A stretch of 64,000 nt of DNA from Octopus vulgaris (lineage: Eukaryota). Shown here piece after piece: positions 43,600 to 57,034 of this stretch (position 1 is its first letter; each line of letters starts with the position of its first letter). The DNA is taken from positions 203,608,001 to 203,672,000 of the forward strand of contig OX597815.1 in the NCBI GenBank assembly GCA_951406725.2. Reading direction: 5' to 3'. A program made the translations under genes and the position numbers. Under the pieces are notes generated by a model, which ran no database searches, was not told where the DNA came from, and saw only the letters and a list, made by a program, of their open reading frames with translations.

Positions 43600-43631
<32 letters not shown>
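43478..43631. repeat. About 150-bp near-perfect palindrome centred on (AT)n
   Basis: tccattgcacacacacacacacgtgttgatga (43501-43532) and its exact reverse complement (43571-43602), with (AT)n between and outside. Confidence 0.92.
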
Positions 43632-43634
<3 letters not shown>

Positions 43635-43717
43635 TAACAGTTTGTAATATTTCTGTTGCTTTTAAATAAAGTATACATATATATATATGTGTGTGTGTGT
43701 ATGTATGTATGCATATA

Positions 43718-43774
<57 letters not shown>

Positions 43775-43899
43775 CACACACATACACACACATGCACATA
43801 CACACACGCACACAGTAATGTGTGCTTCGCATAACGAGATCCCCCCTACCTCATACAAAATATAGGGAAGGGTAAAATCAGCAACAAGTGAAAGACAGT

Positions 43900-46423
43900 A
43901 ATCAGTTACGAGAGGGTGGCAAAGTGTGGGGTGGAAGTGGTGCATGTGAAGGTGGTGGTTATGTTGACGGCGATGGCGGCGTCGGTGGTGGTGGTGGTGG
44001 TGGTGGTGGTGGTGGTGGTGGTGGTGTAGGATGCAATGTTGCTGTTTGTGGGGACGGTACTGTTGGTAGTGAGCTAATGAAGGGGGGTGGGGTGATGTTG
44101 GTGATGGTTGTGATGGGGGTAGTGTCGGTGCGTTGATGATTGAGGTGTGTTGGTGATGGTGGCGATGGTGGTATGATGGTATGATGGTGGTGGGATGTTG
44201 ATTGGTGGTGATACGATGGTGGTGGTGGTATGCTGATGATGATGGTGGTGGCGATAATGTTGATGGTGGTGTGTTGGTTGTATTGACAATGGCGGTGGTG
44301 ATGTTGATGGTGGTTGTTGTGGTGGTGGTGGTGGTGGTAGTGGTGTGTTAGTGGTGGTAGTGGTGTGTTGGTGGTGGTAGTGGTGTGTGTGTTGGTGGTG
44401 GTGGTGGTGGTGTGGTGGTGGTGCTGGTGGTGTGTTGGTGGTGGTAGTGGTGTGTTGGTGGTGGTAGTGGTGGTGATGGTGGTGGTGGTAGTGGTGTGTT
44501 GGTGATGGTGTGTTGGTGATGCTGATGTATTGTGAAGGTGAGGTTTCTGTGATGCTGATTATGGTTGTGATGGTGGTGTGTTATCGATGCTGGTGATGGT
44601 AGTGGTGGCGATGGCGGTGTGTAGGTGATAAAAGTGAGTTAGTGATGGTGGGATGGCGGTTGTGATGATGATGATGATGATGATGGTGTTGATGGTAGTG
44701 GGGGTGATGGTGGTAGTGGTTGTGACGGTGCTGGTTGTGACGGTGGTGGTTGTGATGGTGATGTTGGTTATGGTGGTGGTGGTGACGGTGGTATGCTGGT
44801 AAATGGTAGTCAGTTGGTGATGGGGTGGAGTGTTGGTGATGGTGGTGGTGGTGATGGTGGTGGTACGTCGGTGATTGTAGTGGTGTATTGAAGATGGTGA
44901 GATGATGGTGATGATGGTAATGGTAGTTGTGATGGCATCGTGTTGGTGTTGCTGGCGAAGGTGGTGTTTTGGTAGTGGTGGTGGTGGTGGTGATGTTTGG
45001 TGATGATGTTGGAATGGGGGTTATGGTGGCGATGGTGGTGGTGGTGGTGGTGGTGATAGTAATGGTGGTGACGATAACGGTGGCGATGGTGGCGATGGTG
45101 GTGGTGGTGGTGATGGTATTGGTGGTGACGATAACGGTGGTGATGGTAGGTTGTTGGTGATGATGGTATTGGTGATAGTAGTGTGCTCGTGATAGCGGTT
45201 GTGATGCTAATCGTGATCATGGTGCTCTTGGGGGTAGTGGTGGTGATCATGATGATGATGAGGGTGTGTTGGGGAAGGTTGTGTGGTTGATAGTTCTGGT
45301 GGTAATGGTATAAGCATTGAGTGAATGATGCCGTTATTGGTTGTATTAAGTGGTTGTGTTGAGTATTTCATTGATGGTATTGTAGTGGTTGTCTCGGTAC
45401 ATGGTGGTTGATCATGTGCGATGTGTGTAGTATGGTTGGTCGCGTGTTCAATGGTACTAATGTGTCGTTGTAGTGGTTAGCATTGCGTCAGATCGGTGTG
45501 TATTGTAAGGACAGTGTGCGTTGCAGTATGGGTGAGTGCAGTGGTCGTGGTGGCGTGCGGTGATGGTTGAGTTCTGTCTTGCGTTTGAGGTGTGTTTCGC
45601 AGTGGTGTACGGTGGTGGTTGTTGTAGTTCTATTTGTTATGGTGGTGACTGTTGTGGTGTTGGTTGTAGTTGTAGCGGTTGTTGCTGTTGTTGTTGGTTG
45701 TCGTGGTGGTGCCTCTTATTCTGGTGTTTGTTGTGGTGTTGGTTGTTTTTGTGGTTGTTGAGATGGTGGTTGTCGTGGTGGTGATTATTGTGGTAGTGGT
45801 TGCTGTGGTGTTGGCTTTTGTGGAGTTGGTTGTTATTATGGTTGCTATTGTTGTGGTTTTTGTGATAGTAGTTCTGGTGGTGGTAGTTGTTGTGGTGATG
45901 GTTTTCATGATGGTGATTGTCGTGATGGAGATTGCTGTTGTGGAGGTTGTTGAGGTGGTGTTTGTTGTGTCGGTGGTTGTTATTGTGATGTTTGTTCTGA
46001 TGGTAGTTGTTGTAGTGGTGGTTGTTGTGATGGTGATTTTTGTGGTCGTGGATGTAGTGATGGAGGTTGTCGTGGTGGTGGTGGTGGTGGTGGTTGCTGG
46101 AATGTTGTTTGTTGGTGGGGATGTTGTTGTGTGGTGTTGTGTTGTTGTGTGGGTGATTATTGTTGTGCTGCTTGTTCTTGTGGGGTTATGTGCAATGGTG
46201 GCATGTTTGGTGGTGGTGGTGGTGTCAGTGTGATGTTAGTTGTGGTAGTGGTTGTGTGTCTGCGTGTGTGATGATTATGGTGAGAGTGGTGTTGGTGACG
46301 GTGTCGGCGTGTGTGTGGTGGTGGTGGTGGTGGTTGTTGTGGTGGTAGTGGTTGTAGTACTTTGGAGTGGGTGTAGGAAAAAATGGATACATGATGCTGC
46401 ATCAGTGTGATTGTTTTCCAGTA

Positions 46424-46493
<70 letters not shown>

Positions 46494-46750
46494 TGCGTGT
46501 GTGTGTGTGTGTGTGTGTGTTCAAGGGACGAAGAGTCCAGTGAATGTGTAAGGGTAATAACTGATACAGAGAAGAGTCGATAATGGTGGTGGTGGCGATG
46601 TTGTTGTCGGTGATGGTGGTGGCGGTGTTGTTCTTGGTGCTGGTGGCGGCGGTGACGCTGCTGGTCGTAACGAGGCGATGGCGTCGGCGGCGGTGGCGAT
46701 ATGGAGTCCAAATGAAGATTATGGATAACAGTGATGCCATGTCGGTGGCG
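43900..46750. repeat. About 2.8-kb G/T-rich low-complexity tract ((GGT/GAT/GTT)n)
   Basis: Direct reading. Confidence 0.9.
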
Positions 46751-47018
46751 TGGTAAAAGTAAAGCTAGGACGGTAGTATCCTATGTGAGTAGCCTTATAA
46801 TCAGAGGTATTTCAGCCATTTCTATCCCTTCTTTTTCGGACCATTTATGGGGCAATATTATAAAATGCGCCCTTTTCTGTATTTAAGGCCTTAGCGTGTG
46901 ATGTTAAGATTTGGTTGCTATTTCTAGCATATCGACAGACCACGAACATAAACAATGATGACATTTGATAGTAATGATGATGATGATGGTTGTGGTGGTG
47001 ATGATGAGGAGGAGGATA

Positions 47019-47079
<61 letters not shown>

Positions 47080-49128
47080 CGATGACGATGATAGCTATGA
47101 TAATTTGGATTGTTTCGCTTCTGGTTAATTCTGATTAAGCAAAGTTCTGATGAAATGTATTCCATCATTGGGCCCCCTCTCCTCACCATTTTAGACCTCT
47201 CTATTTTTGCAATATCGAACGGGGTCCTTGTTTTCAAGATAGTAGTGTGTGTGTGATGTGAGTGAGACATGGCTTGTCTTTCTAATAAGTTGAGCCATCA
47301 CTTAAAGCACCCTCCCCCCTGTTGGCTTGGTGCATGATGATGGTGGTTGTAATGGTTGAGATGAACGTGTGATGTAGGATCTGGACGTAGTACAAGTCGT
47401 TCACTTAAATATAAAACATGAAGAAGACTAATACTTAACTTTGCTCACCCTAAGTGTTTCCAATCTAACCTATCTGTCTGTCTGTCTGTGTACGCATGTA
47501 TGTATGTATGTATGTATGTATGTACGTATGTATAAATGTTATCAAACATAAAAATTTGAGGTTACAAAATATGTGGAGCTTATACATTTGCCAAAGTTGA
47601 AGTAAAATGAAATCATTATGATAATCCACGAGGGTTCTTACGCATTATGATAATTATAAATAATCATGAATACGTATATATATGTGTATGATAAACTAGG
47701 TGTGGTGCAAATGTGTAATATTGTAAAATAATGCAGGCAGGAATTTATTACAGAAAATAATAGCAAATATATTCAAACAAGGTCAAAGATCCACACAGGT
47801 GTGAAGAGCATCAGTCTAATTTGAATCAGAGCACTACACGTAATTGATATCTTTCCTCTCCGATCATCTTTTTTTGCTCTGTGCTTCTTTTCTGGTAGTC
47901 TCATTCTTAATTGTTTATCTCTTCCCTATCACCGCAAGGAAATGGAGAGGCACTACTTCTGGTAACTTCTGATGGTTCTTGTACTTGAGGAGGAGGTCTT
48001 CATTTTCTCAACTACCACCAGTCCCTGGTATTGATTGCGCTAAGGATGAAGTGATTTTACTTCTTTCAATTCCACTATTTCTGGAAGTGCTGTGTTAACG
48101 GAAATATCAGTAATCTCTGTTACCGTCCACCGCCTACATTTTCTTCTACCTGCTTTGTATCTCCTGGGCAGAGGACACTCAAATAACTTTACAACCTCAA
48201 GTATTATAACTCGATCTTGTTTCTACATCATTTGTACGATTGAATTTTTCTCCGCTCTCTGAATGGGTTACAACTCTTAAATACTCTTGCGTTCTTCGAG
48301 AATATATCCCACTCAACGACAGTTTGTTGCAAGTCACATCTGTGTTCACCCCACTTCTATCCTCTTGTGCAAAGTTGACCTCTAAGGCAAGTGCCAATGT
48401 TCATGCTATTATCTGTGGCCGTAATTTCAGTGTTTCCGAAAGCCATATACTTTGGAAATTGCACGTTAGCAGCCGGTTTTCGGTCTTAAAAACTTGGTAC
48501 GTTTCCATATATGCTGCTCTTGTCGACAGAGCATACGTCCTGCTACACATCAATTGAGGCTTTCTCCAACACATTCAAGGACTTATAGAAGCCATGTTCA
48601 TATTTCGGAAGACAGAGATATGTCATCATCTTTCTCGTCCTTTCATCAATAAATTCATCGGACATGAAGTAACTGTAATTTCTTTGAGTTAGTTCAATGC
48701 AAGTTGTTCCTTTTCGTCTCAGGACGCTAGCAATTGATGAAATGTTGCTGTTTCCCTTGCTGCTATTGTTGCTTTTCTTGCTGTTAGTATTGGCGGTAAT
48801 GGTGGTGGCGATGCCGTTGCTGTTCGTACTTGCTTTATTTTTTGTTTCAGTTCAAATTCTTGCTTGCGTCTTCTATTGTATAATTTCTGCTTTTTTTTTT
48901 GTATGTTTGATTTCTATTTATTTAAATTATTTACATTGAAAATAATGTAGTGGTATGTTTGCTTACGTGACTGCTACCATCGCTGTAGTGAGCATCGTTT
49001 TCTGTCACTTCTGAGGCAGCCATCTTTTCGACATTTGTAAATATTCCTGTTCTTTTGCATTAACCTTTTTGTATTTTAATGAGGTCTTCTTTTAGATAGA
49101 TAGAAAGAAAGAGAGTGAGAGAGAGAAG

Positions 49129-49165
<37 letters not shown>

Positions 49166-49404
49166 TGTGTGAATAATAGGTTATTCGTGCACGCGCGTGT
49201 TGTATGTGCAGTAATACAAGGTATAACAGATAGATGATATGGATGTATATCACTTCACAAGTCGGAGGAGATTTATGGTTGAACAGGAATTTACACGCTA
49301 CTACTCCATATTAGACCATTGTATATTGGTGCAGGTCGGTAGCAAATTATATCGTGTCTAGTATATATTAAGTACTGTCTCTAGTCCTAGAACTCATAGG
49401 ACCA

Positions 49405-49618
49405 GTTAACTGGTTTCCATGGCTTATGAGTAACTGAGCTCACAACATTCACCCTGAACGACACGCCAGTCCGTCGCTGGTTTACTCATTTACAGCTGAG
49501 AGGACTGGAGCAACGTGATATGAAGTGTAGTGTAGAACACAACGCACCGCTCGATCTAGGAGTTGAAACTACGATCTTGCAATCGTAACAATCTAAACAC
49601 TAGGCCGCGCGCCGTCAC
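49405..49618 (-). mobile_element. Old tRNA-derived SINE (CORE-like)
   Basis: Minus-strand tRNA-like head gtgacggcgcgcggcctagtgtttag; central cagctgagaggactggagcaacgtga shared with 57035-57360. Confidence 0.65.
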
Positions 49619-50358
49619 AAATCGAGATTATTATTTGAATGATTATTTATTTTGAGATAAATGATGATGATAAATGATAAATGGCGATGTTGTCCTCAGC
49701 TAGAATTAAGAGTAAATCTTAACAGAATCTGCAGGTAATTTCATTTGAATTTCCAACGGTTGTGCTTATCCATTGCCTTTAGAGTGTAAATATTTAAACA
49801 TCTGTTCTACTACTAGGAGTTTGAAGAAGCGTTTGCCTTCATATATTGGAAACTGCTATAAACCTTTTTCATTACTGTCAAGAAAACGCCATTTGCTATA
49901 AAATGCTATTTGTCACAAATATGTAAAACAGCTTAAAATGTCCAAAGCAACTTCTCTTGTACCTCACATTATGCGATATACGTACTCCAAAATCCATTAG
50001 TAATAAGTTAAAAGTAACAAGGACGACGACGACATGAACGACAACAACAATGACAAAAATAATTCTTATCATACTACTTATAAGTACAATACAAAAGATA
50101 TACAAAATGAATTACAAAGTGAGGGTGTGCTGTATAGAAGCTCATCTTATAACCAGTTGGTTTTTGGTTCAGTCGCATTGTGCGCCATCTCGGGAAAGTA
50201 TCTTCTACAATAAATCCGACCAATGTCTTTTAGATGAATTTTGTATACACAAACTGTGTGGAAGCCCGTCGTATATGTATGTATATGTATGTATGTATGT
50301 ATGTATGTATATATATGCATGCACATACACACACGTGCATAAATAAATAAATAAATAA

Positions 50359-50389
<31 letters not shown>

Positions 50390-50653
50390 CTCCTTTACTT
50401 GTTCAGTCATTTGACTGTCTTCGCCTTTTAGTCGAGCAACTCGACCCGAGACTTATTCTTTTGTAAGCCTTACTTATTCTATCTCTCTATGTTTCCGCAC
50501 GAAAGCAATGCTAGAGGAACAAAACAGTTAAACCACACACATACATATATATATATCATATATCCAGGAGCAGTTTCAATACAAATCCACTAGGCATTTC
50601 GGCCCGGGGCTTCCACTTGCCCAAGATGCCACCTCGCGTTGGTTGTGTTTTCT

Positions 50654-50708
<55 letters not shown>

Positions 50709-50732
50709 TGCATACACACACACATATATAAT

Positions 50733-51563
50733 ATACGTATCAAAGAGTTCACAGACTAGTTATGTTTAATAAAAAATAACTTATTTACCTAAGTTTTAAC
50801 ATCATCTCCTTCGAAATAGTTACCTTGCAAAGCAATACACCGATCACAGCATTTCTGCCACTTTTGGAATCTGGCCTGGAAGTCGTTTTCCGTAAGCGAG
50901 TCGAGGACCTTCTGAGATTCGCTCTGGATCTCGACAATGGTGTTAAAATGGCAACCTTAAAACAGCATTTTCATCTTGGGGAAGAGAAGAAATTCTGTAG
51001 GTGCTAAATCTTGTCAATAGGGTGGGTGCAGAAGTGATACCAAGTTGTATTTGGTGAGAAACACACGAGCAAGTAGAGCTTGGTGACAAGGTACATTGTC
51101 ATACACGGACCCATACGACAGGCCAACAACACAGCAACGTCATTGATTGTCCTCCGACCGTCTCATGCACAAAACTATGCATTTTCTCCACATTTCCGGG
51201 AGTGACGCTCATGGCAGGTCTTCCAGGTTGCCCATCATCTTTCAGGGATGTTCTGTCGCCTTTGAAGCATCCGTGGCACTCGAAACATTGCGTAAAATTC
51301 ATTGCCTCGTCGCCGTAAGCTTGCCAAAGCACGCTCAATGTCTCTTTGGTAGAGTTCCCAAGTTTAATACAAAATTTCACTATGCCTCTTTGTTCTGACT
51401 TCCTGTCCATGACAAAAATTGCAGACTACATCATACAGGTGATTACAAAAGCACAAATCACCACTTGATGTCACTTGGTACTCTACCTCATGAAGTACGT
51501 AAACGTATGTTACTATCTGTTGGCGCGCTACTGTACTAGGTCGGGAATCGTTTCATACCGCCT

Positions 51564-51568
<5 letters not shown>
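50733..51568 (-). mobile_element. Mariner-like DNA transposon, internally deleted
   Basis: ORF 51099-51410 EQRGIVKFCIKLGNSTKET...AYGDEA...DDGQPGRP is a Mos1-type HTH; degenerate TIRs (gtatcaaagagttcacagactag / ctaggtcgggaatcgtttcataccgcctcg); TA flanks. Confidence 0.88.
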
Positions 51569-51634
<66 letters not shown>

Positions 51635-52098
51635 GGGTGGGGTACCAACTGCCTCTTGACAACCAGTATTCATTTTGTTTACGTACCCGTAACTCAGCTG
51701 TTTGGCACAAGACAGTGATAGACTAAGCACCAGACTTCAAAAATATGGATTGGTGTTGATTTGTTCCACTGGACGCTTCAAGGAGACGCCCCAGCTTGGC
51801 TACAGTCCAATGACTTACACAAGTGAAAAAATGCCCAAAAATTCTTTTAAAAAAACTTTTCTTTTAAATTTTCCAAAATTAAATTGTTTTCCATACTTAC
51901 AGTTGAAAAAGTCTCAATGACTGAAACCGGTGATGAAATGTTTTTTATAAAATTATTTTACCATTTTCTACCTTGCCTTTTTTTCGATAAATATCAACTC
52001 GTGTGTTCCTTTTCAACCTTCTACATATATATATATATATATATACGTTTAAATATTTGTTGTGCAAGATTTTTATGTGAAGTCGTGTGTTGAAACAG

Positions 52099-52232
52099 AT
52101 ATTGTTATATTTGGCCGAAATAAGATTAAGATTAATGTAAAAAATAAATATCACTGAAGCAAAATGACACCAAATATATAGTGCGTGTGTTTTTATTGGC
52201 TAAACTGGCAATATGACCATTCCGAAATATAT

Positions 52233-52238
<6 letters not shown>
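52099..52238 (+). mobile_element. Solo Penelope pLTR-end fragment with short inverted terminus
   Basis: Reverse-complement homolog of 52545-52660; ends atattgttatattt...aaatatatcaatat; a shorter copy lies at 36668-36710. Confidence 0.6.
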
Positions 52239-52289
<51 letters not shown>

Positions 52290-52337
52290 CACACACACAC
52301 ACACACAGATATATATATATTGATTGGCTATGTGTCT

Positions 52338-52481
52338 ATAGGCGCAGGAGTGGCTGTATTGTAAGTAGCTTGCTTACCAACTACATGCTTTCGGGTTCAG
52401 TCCCACTGCGTGGCACTATAGTCTCGAATCGACCAAAGACTTGTGAGTAGATTTGGTAGACGGAAACTGAATGAAGACGTC

Positions 52482-52485
<4 letters not shown>
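52338..52485 (+). mobile_element. SINE family C, partial
   Basis: Head taggcgcaggagtggctg matches 58173. Confidence 0.8.
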
Positions 52486-52544
<59 letters not shown>

Positions 52545-52554
<10 letters not shown>

Positions 52555-53700
52555 ATTTGGTGGTGGTCATGTTACCAGTTTAGCCAATGAAAACACACGC
52601 ACTATATATTTAGTGTTCACTTGCTTCACCTTTATTTTATATTAATCGTATTCCGGCCAGAGTTCTTTCGTCACACTTCTGTGTCCTCATGAGTGGTCCT
52701 TAGCTTTCTTCTTTTGTTTTTGTGTGTCTTTCCTTACTAATGATTAGCCATTTTGAATTCTTATTGTATGTGTCTTTATTTGCGCATGCGTATACCACTG
52801 TGTGTGTCTATGTTTATTAAGTCTGTTTGGGAATGTGCCTGTGTTATCAGTATCCCCCGTTTATACACGTTCGTTTAATTTGTTCTCATTTATTTTCGTC
52901 ATTTGTTTATATCTATTTATTTTTTTCCTTTTTATATTTAATTTAACTTATTTTATTTTGTTAATGTATATAGTTATTTAATTCCATTTATTTATGTGTG
53001 TATTGTATTATGTTATGTTCATATTGTTATCAGCTTATGGGGATCTTATTCTGTTATAGGTTGTGGTGTGTTGAGGCGTGTGCTAGTGTTTCGTTCTAGT
53101 TTCCTACTCAGGCTAGGTTTATCTTCTATTATGTGTGTAGATTCTGTAATTTACCTATGCGCGGCGTCTGTTCCATGTGTGGACAAGGTTTTAACTTCTA
53201 TGTTGTTGAGCGAGTCTCCGTGTTCTGCTCGGCATGCTAGCACAGAACCAATGAGCTTTTCTCTTCCTTAAGTTCCCCCAAATGCTCATTTACCCGCTCT
53301 CCTATGCTCCGTGCTATTTCCCCTACGTACGTCGTTGTTTTGTTACTGCACCGTCCCTCTGTATATCTTATACTATAGACTATATTCATGGCTTTACAGT
53401 TTGTTTGTGGGCTAAATCTATATACAGTACAGTTCCTATCAGTGCAGGGGTCTCTACTAACAGGGTAGGTTCTACCGATTAGGGATTTAATAGGTTTGAC
53501 TGGCCTTTCTACAACCTTAATTCTCAGCTTAAGTTTGTGTAGAGCCCTTCTAAAGCGGTACGCCAGTTCGCCTCTATGGGTGGTGTCGACACTCTGGTAT
53601 TTGTGGCTACCATACCATGAGTTGACCTTCCCTATTTTCTTCTTAGTCCTTTCAATGTTGTTCCATGACTTGCTCCTATACATTGGGCAAATCCCATTCG
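52545..53700 (-). mobile_element. Penelope-like retroelement 3' part: GIY-YIG endonuclease relic, 3' region and pLTR with decayed hammerhead (52655-52699)
   Basis: ORF 53237-53683: PC...C...C...NIVYSI...C...YVGEIARSIGERVNEH, continuing out of frame HAEQEH...ES..I...KPSL. Downstream on the same strand: ggacca CUCAUGA ggACAC agaa GUGUgac GAAA gaacUC uggcc. Confidence 0.85.
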
Positions 53701-54524
53701 TATCTTTGCGTATGATAGTTTCAAGTCATATATATACATTGGAGGTGAGCATGTGAGGTAAGTGGTAGTGGGATGTGTGTGGGGGGACAGGGGGAGGTAT
53801 CAATGAAGGGAGAAGGTGGTTAGGAGTGAAGAGAGGAAGTAGGTGTATATATATATATATAAATGTATGAGTAATTTTTCAATGTGTACAAATAACACGG
53901 AATAAATAAATAGTTACCAGGGTAGTCAAAGTTCACTTAAGTGCCAAGGATGTTACAGCCTACTTATAAAGGTAGAAGTTCCAGGGTTTAGTGAAATGTT
54001 TTTGTATAATCAGATAAATTAAGAAATGGAGTGAAACGCAGGTGTTATTCAAATGAAATGTAAGAAGACAGTATCTCATTCTGTTCTCAGAGAATTCTCT
54101 TGTAAACATATTTAAAGAACACGTTTATCGTTGCAAACGTTGCCAAAAAAACCTTTAGTTCCTATCAGCAGTTTCTACCAATCTATAAAATTCGACCTTT
54201 CGCTGTCAAGTTACATTTCATTTCCACTACATATATCTATTTACACGCCTTTATGCTTTATTTCCACTCATCTGCCGCAGTATATTTCTCTACTCGTAAT
54301 TTTCTGTTAATTTCTTTCTCTCCTCTCCTTCTCTTTCTCTAAATTGCCTTTGACATTAAATCTATTAACGGTTTTTTAAAATCACATTCTGTTAAAATGG
54401 CTTATTGTTGTATTTTGTTTGTCTTTTTCCCTGACGAGATGATTACATTGTTTTACATCGTTTTATTCCCTCAGGAATAATACCAATGTTTTCTTCGAAA
54501 CATATGTCGGAAGAATAAAGATTT

Positions 54525-56460
54525 GAATAACTCCTGCGTATCTTCAACGGAGAGGATGGGTCCTTTGGTATTGTGCAGTGCCGTTCAGATCGGGGATTGT
54601 TGTAAATTTCGATTCCGAAATTTGGAGCCAGACCCTCCACTAGCTTCCACACATATAGCACTGCATATCTCTCACGTCTCCTCTCCAGGGAGTAGAGTCC
54701 CTGCTCCCTTAATCTCTCCTTGTAGTCCATGTGTTTTACTGAGTCTATATTCTTTGTGAAGTGGTGTCGGATCGCTTCTAGTTCCGCAATTAGTTTTACA
54801 CTCTGTGAGGACCACAGTTGAGAGCAGTAGTCCAGATGACTGGGGATAAAGGTTCTCCAAAGCAGAAGCATTCCTGGTCATGGAGGGTCTAAGGATCCAA
54901 CCTGCCACCCGCCTGCATAGTGTTGACATCCGAGCTATGTGCTCATGGAAAGATGCGTCGTATGCTCATGTGGATTCGCAGGTCACGCACCGACTCTAAC
55001 TCTAAGATCACATTGCCTACTGGTCTCGTGTACTTTAGCTGTAGTTTATTGGTGGGCTGATAGCAGAGAGTTTGAAAGTTTGGGGCATTGAACTGCATAT
55101 TATTCTCATCAGCCCATTTATATATTGCGTTCAGGTCATTCTGTAGCCTTAGGATGTCAGTAGGATCCTTAACCGTCCGCGGTACTTTTGTATCATCGGC
55201 GTAGCTGGTGAGTGTGGCTGACTCTATTTCTCAGGGCATGTCCGAGAGAGCAACCATAAACTGTAGTGGACCCAGCTCTGTTCCTTGGGGGTCTCCACTG
55301 AGGATTGGTGTCACTTCAGAGAGAGCACCATTAGCTGTGACAACCTGACTTCTGCTCCTTAGGAAATTATTCAGCCACTCTCCCAGTCTACCAGCGTTAC
55401 CAAGGTCATGCAATTTGTGGCATATCATCTCATGATCGACTTTGTCAACCGCCTTGGCAAAGTTGAGATATATCACATCTACATTTGAATGGTTGAGCTG
55501 TTGTTTTAGAACCCAGTCGAAGTGCTGAAATAGCTGTTTAAGCAGCCTCGTCCAGGATGGAAACCATGTTGTGTGTCTGTAAGCAAGTCATTTTCCTCTA
55601 GGAACGTGGTCAGTCTTTTTCTGACAATGCGCTCCATGATCTTGCTGACATGTGAGGTCAGAGAGACAGGTCTGTAGTTTATAGCATCTGCTCTGCTTCC
55701 TCCTTTGTGGGCAAGGCAGATTATTTCTTCTTTTAACGTTTGAGGACATGTACGGCATTCTAGGGAACTCTGGAAAAGCATTTTCAGTGGTTTTGCAAGA
55801 GCTTTCGTGTATGATTTTAACAGAATTGTTGAGAGTCCATCGGAGCCTGTAGCAGGGTTTGGGTTTATTTCATCAATGGCCTACAGTACATCCTCTTCTG
55901 TAATGTCAATGTAATTGATGGTCGCCTTTTTCTCTTGTAGATTAGAGGTGTTGAAGAACTCGTCAGGTCTGCTTATTTTCATGTTTTCTAGTGGGGATGT
56001 GAAAACACTTTGGAATTGTTTATTGAATGCTTCACTCAACCTCTTGGGGGTCTGCAGTCAGTGAGCCCTTATCATCAAACAGTGGTCTTGTTCTGCATCG
56101 CACTGAGACAGACTCTTTTGCGAAATTGTAGAAGGTTTTAGGGTTGCTTATTATATTTTCCACCGTCCTGGCTTCCCTCTTTACCCTTTCTATTTCATGG
56201 GAGTGTCTGGTTTTATTCTTAGTCGCTAGGAGCGCCTTTTTGAGATAGGGTTTTTGCTGTCATTAGGCTCCTTATTTAAGCGATTCGTGATCATTATCCT
56301 CCGTCTCATTAAGATTCTTCTATCTCGGGAAATAATGTTCTTGTGTGTGGTGGCTTTCTTCTCTAGAGCAAACTTTATTGAACTTCATGTCAGTGTCTTG
56401 CATGGACAGACTTTTAATCCAGTTTTGCTGGAGTATCTCTTTGTTGATGGACTTCCGGTC
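54525..56460 (-). mobile_element. CR1-like LINE ORF2 relic (RT domain and upstream region)
   Basis: NYRPVSLTSHVSKIMER, QHGF, FAKAVDKVDH, PQGTELGP, YADDTK, LDYCSQLWS, LYSLERRRERY; frameshifted. Confidence 0.92.
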
Positions 56461-56497
56461 AGCCTTGTCTCTCCCCACCCCTCTATCTCTCTCTATA

Positions 56498-56812
56498 TAT
56501 AATCAAAATAAGCAACAAGGGTATCCAGAAGTAATGCAGTACGATCGTTTCATGCGACTCCATTTAATTAAACAATTAAATTAAATTAAATTTAATTAAA
56601 ACTATTACATCAGTTTTAAAATGTAGAGCAATACTTGCATTGTTTAATTAAATGGAGTCGCATGAAACGATCGTACTGCATTACCTCTGGATATCCTTGT
56701 TGCTTATTTTGATTATAATCACCCCATTTTGAATTATATGGATAATACCATACTAAATTCTGATGCCTTTGACTTAAGTACCATATTCAACCGAATCTAC
56801 ATTTTTACTGAA

Positions 56813-56815
<3 letters not shown>
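56498..56815. mobile_element. Fold-back element: 79-bp inverted arms (56498-56576/56639-56717) plus one-sided extension
   Basis: Arms differ at two positions; 62-bp spacer; (TA)n at both ends; the extension resembles 58620-58685. Confidence 0.6.
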
Positions 56816-56864
<49 letters not shown>

Positions 56865-57034
56865 TGCCATCCTAAACACACCAAAATAAATATCCCATTA
56901 AATCTAGCAAAAAGGATCAGTACAATTGTATCTGACACAACCACTCAAGAACTTCGCCTACAAGACCTCAAAATAATTCTCATTGAAGGTAGACCATGGA
57001 ATTAAACGTGCCAAGAAATTAGACACAAACACAG

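Noticed and set aside
45679-46233. 184-aa Val-rich ORF and antisense Thr/His-rich ORFs
   Set aside because: Low-complexity triplet DNA; no splice or domain evidence for a mucin-like exon.
47850-48690. Purine-rich minus strand resembling a decayed LINE ORF1
   Set aside because: Motifs too eroded to support a call.
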